From: Candidatus Gottesmanbacteria bacterium UBA5942
Lineage (GTDB): Bacteria; Patescibacteriota; Microgenomatia; UBA10105; UBA927
Length of the DNA stretch: 64,000 bases
Assembly (NCBI GenBank): GCA_002430725.1
Contig: DJCU01000040.1
Span: 15,401 to 79,400 of the forward strand
Direction of reading: 5' to 3'
Shown: piece by piece, positions 61,454 through 64,000 of the stretch
Layout: every line of letters starts with the position of its first letter
How positions within the stretch are numbered: the first letter of the stretch is position 1
Notes under the pieces: model-generated
Seen by the model: the letters and a program-made list of their open reading frames with translations, nothing else
Databases searched by the model: none
What the model was told of the DNA's origin: nothing
Translations under genes and position numbers: made by a program

Positions 61454-62366
61454 GGCGTGCCTTTCCGATAAAGAAATCTTCAAGTGTCGGTTTGTCAATG
61501 GAAATCTGTGTATAGTCTGCTCCGATTTTGGATAAATCGGTGAGTAGTGACGCGACTTGCTGTTCGTTAATGTCGATGGTGACATAACGTTCGTTTGTTT
61601 GACACGTGAGGTGATGATTGGTGCAATACTCTACTGTTCGTTTTTGCCCATCACGCATCATCAGTCGAACGCGAGTCTTTTTTATTTTTTTCGCTAACCC
61701 TTCGGGTGTATCTACCGCGACAATTTTCCCGTGATCCATAAAAATGACGCGGTCACAAAGTTCTTCTATCTCTGCCATGTTGTGGGAGGTAAGCAGTATC
61801 GTTGTTTGATATTTCTCTCGGGAGAGTTTTATAAACTGGCGGATGCGATCAGCGATATCCGGATCTACCGAGCTTGTGGGTTCATCCAGAAGCACAAGCT
61901 TGGGTTGATTAACAAATGCCTTAGCAAGGTTAAGGCGCGCGATATTGCCCGATGACAGATCGCCGCCCAACGTATTTTTGAGATCAGTAAGGTGAAATGT
62001 CGAAAGCATTTCGTCTGTTTTTTGCCGCGGATTTACTACCTCATACATCAGTGCAAACACGTAAACATGTTCCCACACCGTCATACGCCATGGTGATTTC
62101 ACATAAGCAGATGAATAGTTCATGTCTTTGAGTATTTCTTCTCGGTGGGTCGCAAAATTTTTTCCGAATATACGTATGTCTCCCGAAGAAGGTGCAATGA
62201 CTCCTAACATCATCGATAGCGTTGTTGTTTTGCCCGCGCCATTTGGACCTAACAATCCCACGATCTCCCCTTCCCGAACGGAAAACGATATACCATGTAC
62301 CGCGGGAAAGTTGCCAAATCGTTTGGTAAGTTTTGTTACTCGCACAATATCGTGAATCATAGCCAT
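61440..62366 (-). CDS. ABC transporter ATP-binding protein
   Basis: Walker A GLLGPNGAGKTT, signature LSGGNIARL, Walker B LVLLDEPTS. Confidence 0.9.
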   Translation of the reverse strand: MAMIHDIVRVTKLTKRFGNFPAVHGISFSVREGEIVGLLGPNGAGKTTTLSMMLGVIAPSSGDIRIFGKNFATHREEILKDMNYSSAYVKSPWRMTVWEHVYVFALMYEVVNPRQKTDEMLSTFHLTDLKNTLGGDLSSGNIARLNLAKAFVNQPKLVLLDEPTSSVDPDIADRIRQFIKLSREKYQTTILLTSHNMAEIEELCDRVIFMDHGKIVAVDTPEGLAKKIKKTRVRLMMRDGQKRTVEYCTNHHLTCQTNERYVTIDINEQQVASLLTDLSKIGADYTQISIDKPTLEDFFIGKARHETA

Positions 62367-62438
62367 GAGTATACTCCTGCCAATCAGGGTAATGAAAGAG
62401 AAGAATTACATTTCTTAAAAAAAGAATATACGCTAAAC

Positions 62439-62948
62439 TTAGATGGTGAAGGCGTAGACGTGGTGCTCGGTATCTTTTCTGACTACTTTCCAGCCTGGGA
62501 AAATAAAGCTATTGGAAATCACCAGCGAGCCGGGTTTGAGTTCCCTTTTGAGTTTTGCCGCAAGATCTGTCATTTTCCATGGGATAAGATATACAAATAC
62601 GACATCGGCATCGGATAAGTCGGTCGTCCAGAGGTTTTGCCAAAGTACGGTAACCTTGCCCTTGTAGGGTGTCCACAAGGCACGAAATCGGGTATACCAG
62701 ACTAAGTATGGGTTAATCTCTATTCCCATAGCTTTTGCCCCAAATCGAGCAGCAGCCAAAAGCACACGTCCGTCACCGCTTCCTACGTCATAGACTGTTT
62801 GACCCGCGCGAATGTTAGCAAGTTTTACCATCGCACTAACAGACGAGTTAGAGGAAGGGACAAACGGGCCGCCTGTCACAAATGCAAGACAAAGAAACAG
62901 GAAAAATCCTGCCATAACAAGTTGGATAATGAGAAAAAGTATGCCCAT
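62439..62948 (-). CDS. Small membrane-anchored class I SAM-dependent methyltransferase
   Basis: N-terminal TM, then motif I VYDVGSGDGRVLL. Confidence 0.5.
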   Translation of the reverse strand: MGILFLIIQLVMAGFFLFLCLAFVTGGPFVPSSNSSVSAMVKLANIRAGQTVYDVGSGDGRVLLAAARFGAKAMGIEINPYLVWYTRFRALWTPYKGKVTVLWQNLWTTDLSDADVVFVYLIPWKMTDLAAKLKRELKPGSLVISNSFIFPGWKVVRKDTEHHVYAFTI

Positions 62949-63653
62949 TTATAATCGCTCCGCGATGACGATGAGTCGCTTGTATGTGGTGCCCGGAGGC
63001 CAACAGGTCATAAGCGTCAGTGTTTCTATTTTTGGTACAGTAAACAAATATTCTACTGCAGAAGGCGCCACAGTGCGAACCTCTGCCACGTTGTAGGTGT
63101 AGCGGATGTTTCGGTAGTAGATATCGATAGGATCTCCCCGTTCCATTTTTGAGAGCAGATAAAATACTGAGTTGTAGCGTAAAGCTTCAAAAAAATTGAC
63201 GGAAGAGTGGGAAAAAAGAAATGTATTTCTCCCCTCCCCCGGAAACGCACTGCCTTTCGCGTGTGCAACTCCTCGGGTGAGTGCGTTTTGATACTCTACG
63301 CTATTAAAAGGGTCGACACTCGGAATTATTTTAGCGTTGGCGTTTATTTTGGGTATGATAATGCCAAATTCTTTGTCGATTGGCTCTTGGGGAATCTCCA
63401 GTGATTTTGGTGCAGTAATTTTTTTGGCATTGTAGCCAATTTCAAGTTGTATCGCTGGCCACAGCGTCATACCTATGATAAATAATGCAGTCGCAATACT
63501 CCACAGTCCGATATGTATCAGCGTGTTAGAGACGCGCAAAAACGTAGAATTTTTTGAGGCGTGTTTCTTTGTGTGGATTTTATTGCGCTTGGGTTTGTTT
63601 CTTTTTCCAGTTGGCATACAGGATTGCTCCCAGAAGCAGTATACCACCGCCAA
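62949..63653 (-). CDS. Sortase family transpeptidase
   Basis: N-terminal signal anchor; catalytic TLxTC motif LTLMTCWPPG; conserved His region FLFSHSS. Confidence 0.7.
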   Translation of the reverse strand: MAVVYCFWEQSCMPTGKRNKPKRNKIHTKKHASKNSTFLRVSNTLIHIGLWSIATALFIIGMTLWPAIQLEIGYNAKKITAPKSLEIPQEPIDKEFGIIIPKINANAKIIPSVDPFNSVEYQNALTRGVAHAKGSAFPGEGRNTFLFSHSSVNFFEALRYNSVFYLLSKMERGDPIDIYYRNIRYTYNVAEVRTVAPSAVEYLFTVPKIETLTLMTCWPPGTTYKRLIVIAERL

Positions 63654-64000
63654 GCATTAGGTTTCGAGCCATAGCTTTTTTCGCATCATCGGTTTTACCC
63701 ATATCGACAACTTCGGCGCTCGGACTGGTTTCTCCCAATGTGTCGCCGCTTGTGCCCGTTGCTCCCATAGCGCCTGTTGAGGCAGTCTGACCCAATACAC
63801 TTCCGCCCTGATTTACGGGAATAGCTCCAGCAGTTTGCTGGCTTGTGGTGGTCGTTGTGGTGGTCGCATTGGTGATTGTGACTTCGCTATCACCTACGAT
63901 GCCTGAACCGTTTCCTGCCGCATCGAACGAGCGGATCGCATAGTAGTAGTTCTTGTTGCAGTCAGGGACGGTGTTGGTAGCATCATGTGTTTCATTTGAA
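63580..64000 (-). CDS. Surface protein (5' end beyond window) with FN3-like domain, Thr-rich linker and C-terminal TM plus basic tail
   Basis: Reading continues open to the window edge upstream of the track's TTG start; YYYAIRSFDAAGNGSG FN3-like, TTTTTTS linker, C-terminus LMLGGGILLLGAILYANWKKKQTQAQ resembles a sorting-signal anchor. Confidence 0.5.
   Translation of the reverse strand, partial: SNETHDATNTVPDCNKNYYYAIRSFDAAGNGSGIVGDSEVTITNATTTTTTTSQQTAGAIPVNQGGSVLGQTASTGAMGATGTSGDTLGETSPSAEVVDMGKTDDAKKAMARNLMLGGGILLLGAILYANWKKKQTQAQ

Overview
This window looks like a compact, AT-rich chromosome segment from a Patescibacteria/CPR-like (or otherwise genome-reduced) bacterium, and it is mostly core housekeeping genes. 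Identified genes include dnaB, tRNA-Leu, tgt, yebC, folD, gyrB-ppa-gyrA, holB, trmD-khpA-rpsP-rnc-nusB-rpmF, recG, tyrS, pheST, the thrS-infC-rpmI-rplT cluster and a class A PBP. A complete type IV pilus locus spans roughly 27.9-42.8 kb: pilB, pilT, pilC, a major pilin, pilD, five minor pilins and pilMNO, with no secretin gene in the window. Two large GT-C-type membrane glycosyltransferase-like genes sit inside it directly after the pilin gene. The features most worth follow-up are listed below. (1) A putative T-box riboswitch with a near-canonical antiterminator/terminator lies on the minus strand at about 50.94-51.28 kb. It sits upstream of an unusual operon: tRNA-Tyr, a SAM-dependent methyltransferase, a 'core' MetE-like methionine synthase and tyrS. 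(2) A 1.27 kb stretch (12845-14112) has no ORF of 60 aa or more in any frame and is rich in repeats. It lies next to a tyrosine recombinase gene and a tightly linked cluster of a hypothetical gene, an ATP-grasp gene and a convergent C39-like peptidase gene. (3) A conserved 20-nt element directly abuts the 5' end of both tRNA genes, and it is tandemly duplicated at tRNA-Leu. (4) A sortase gene lies next to a partial FN3 surface protein that has no canonical LPXTG motif. All calls rest on manual motif recognition in the supplied translations; nothing was searched or folded computationally.
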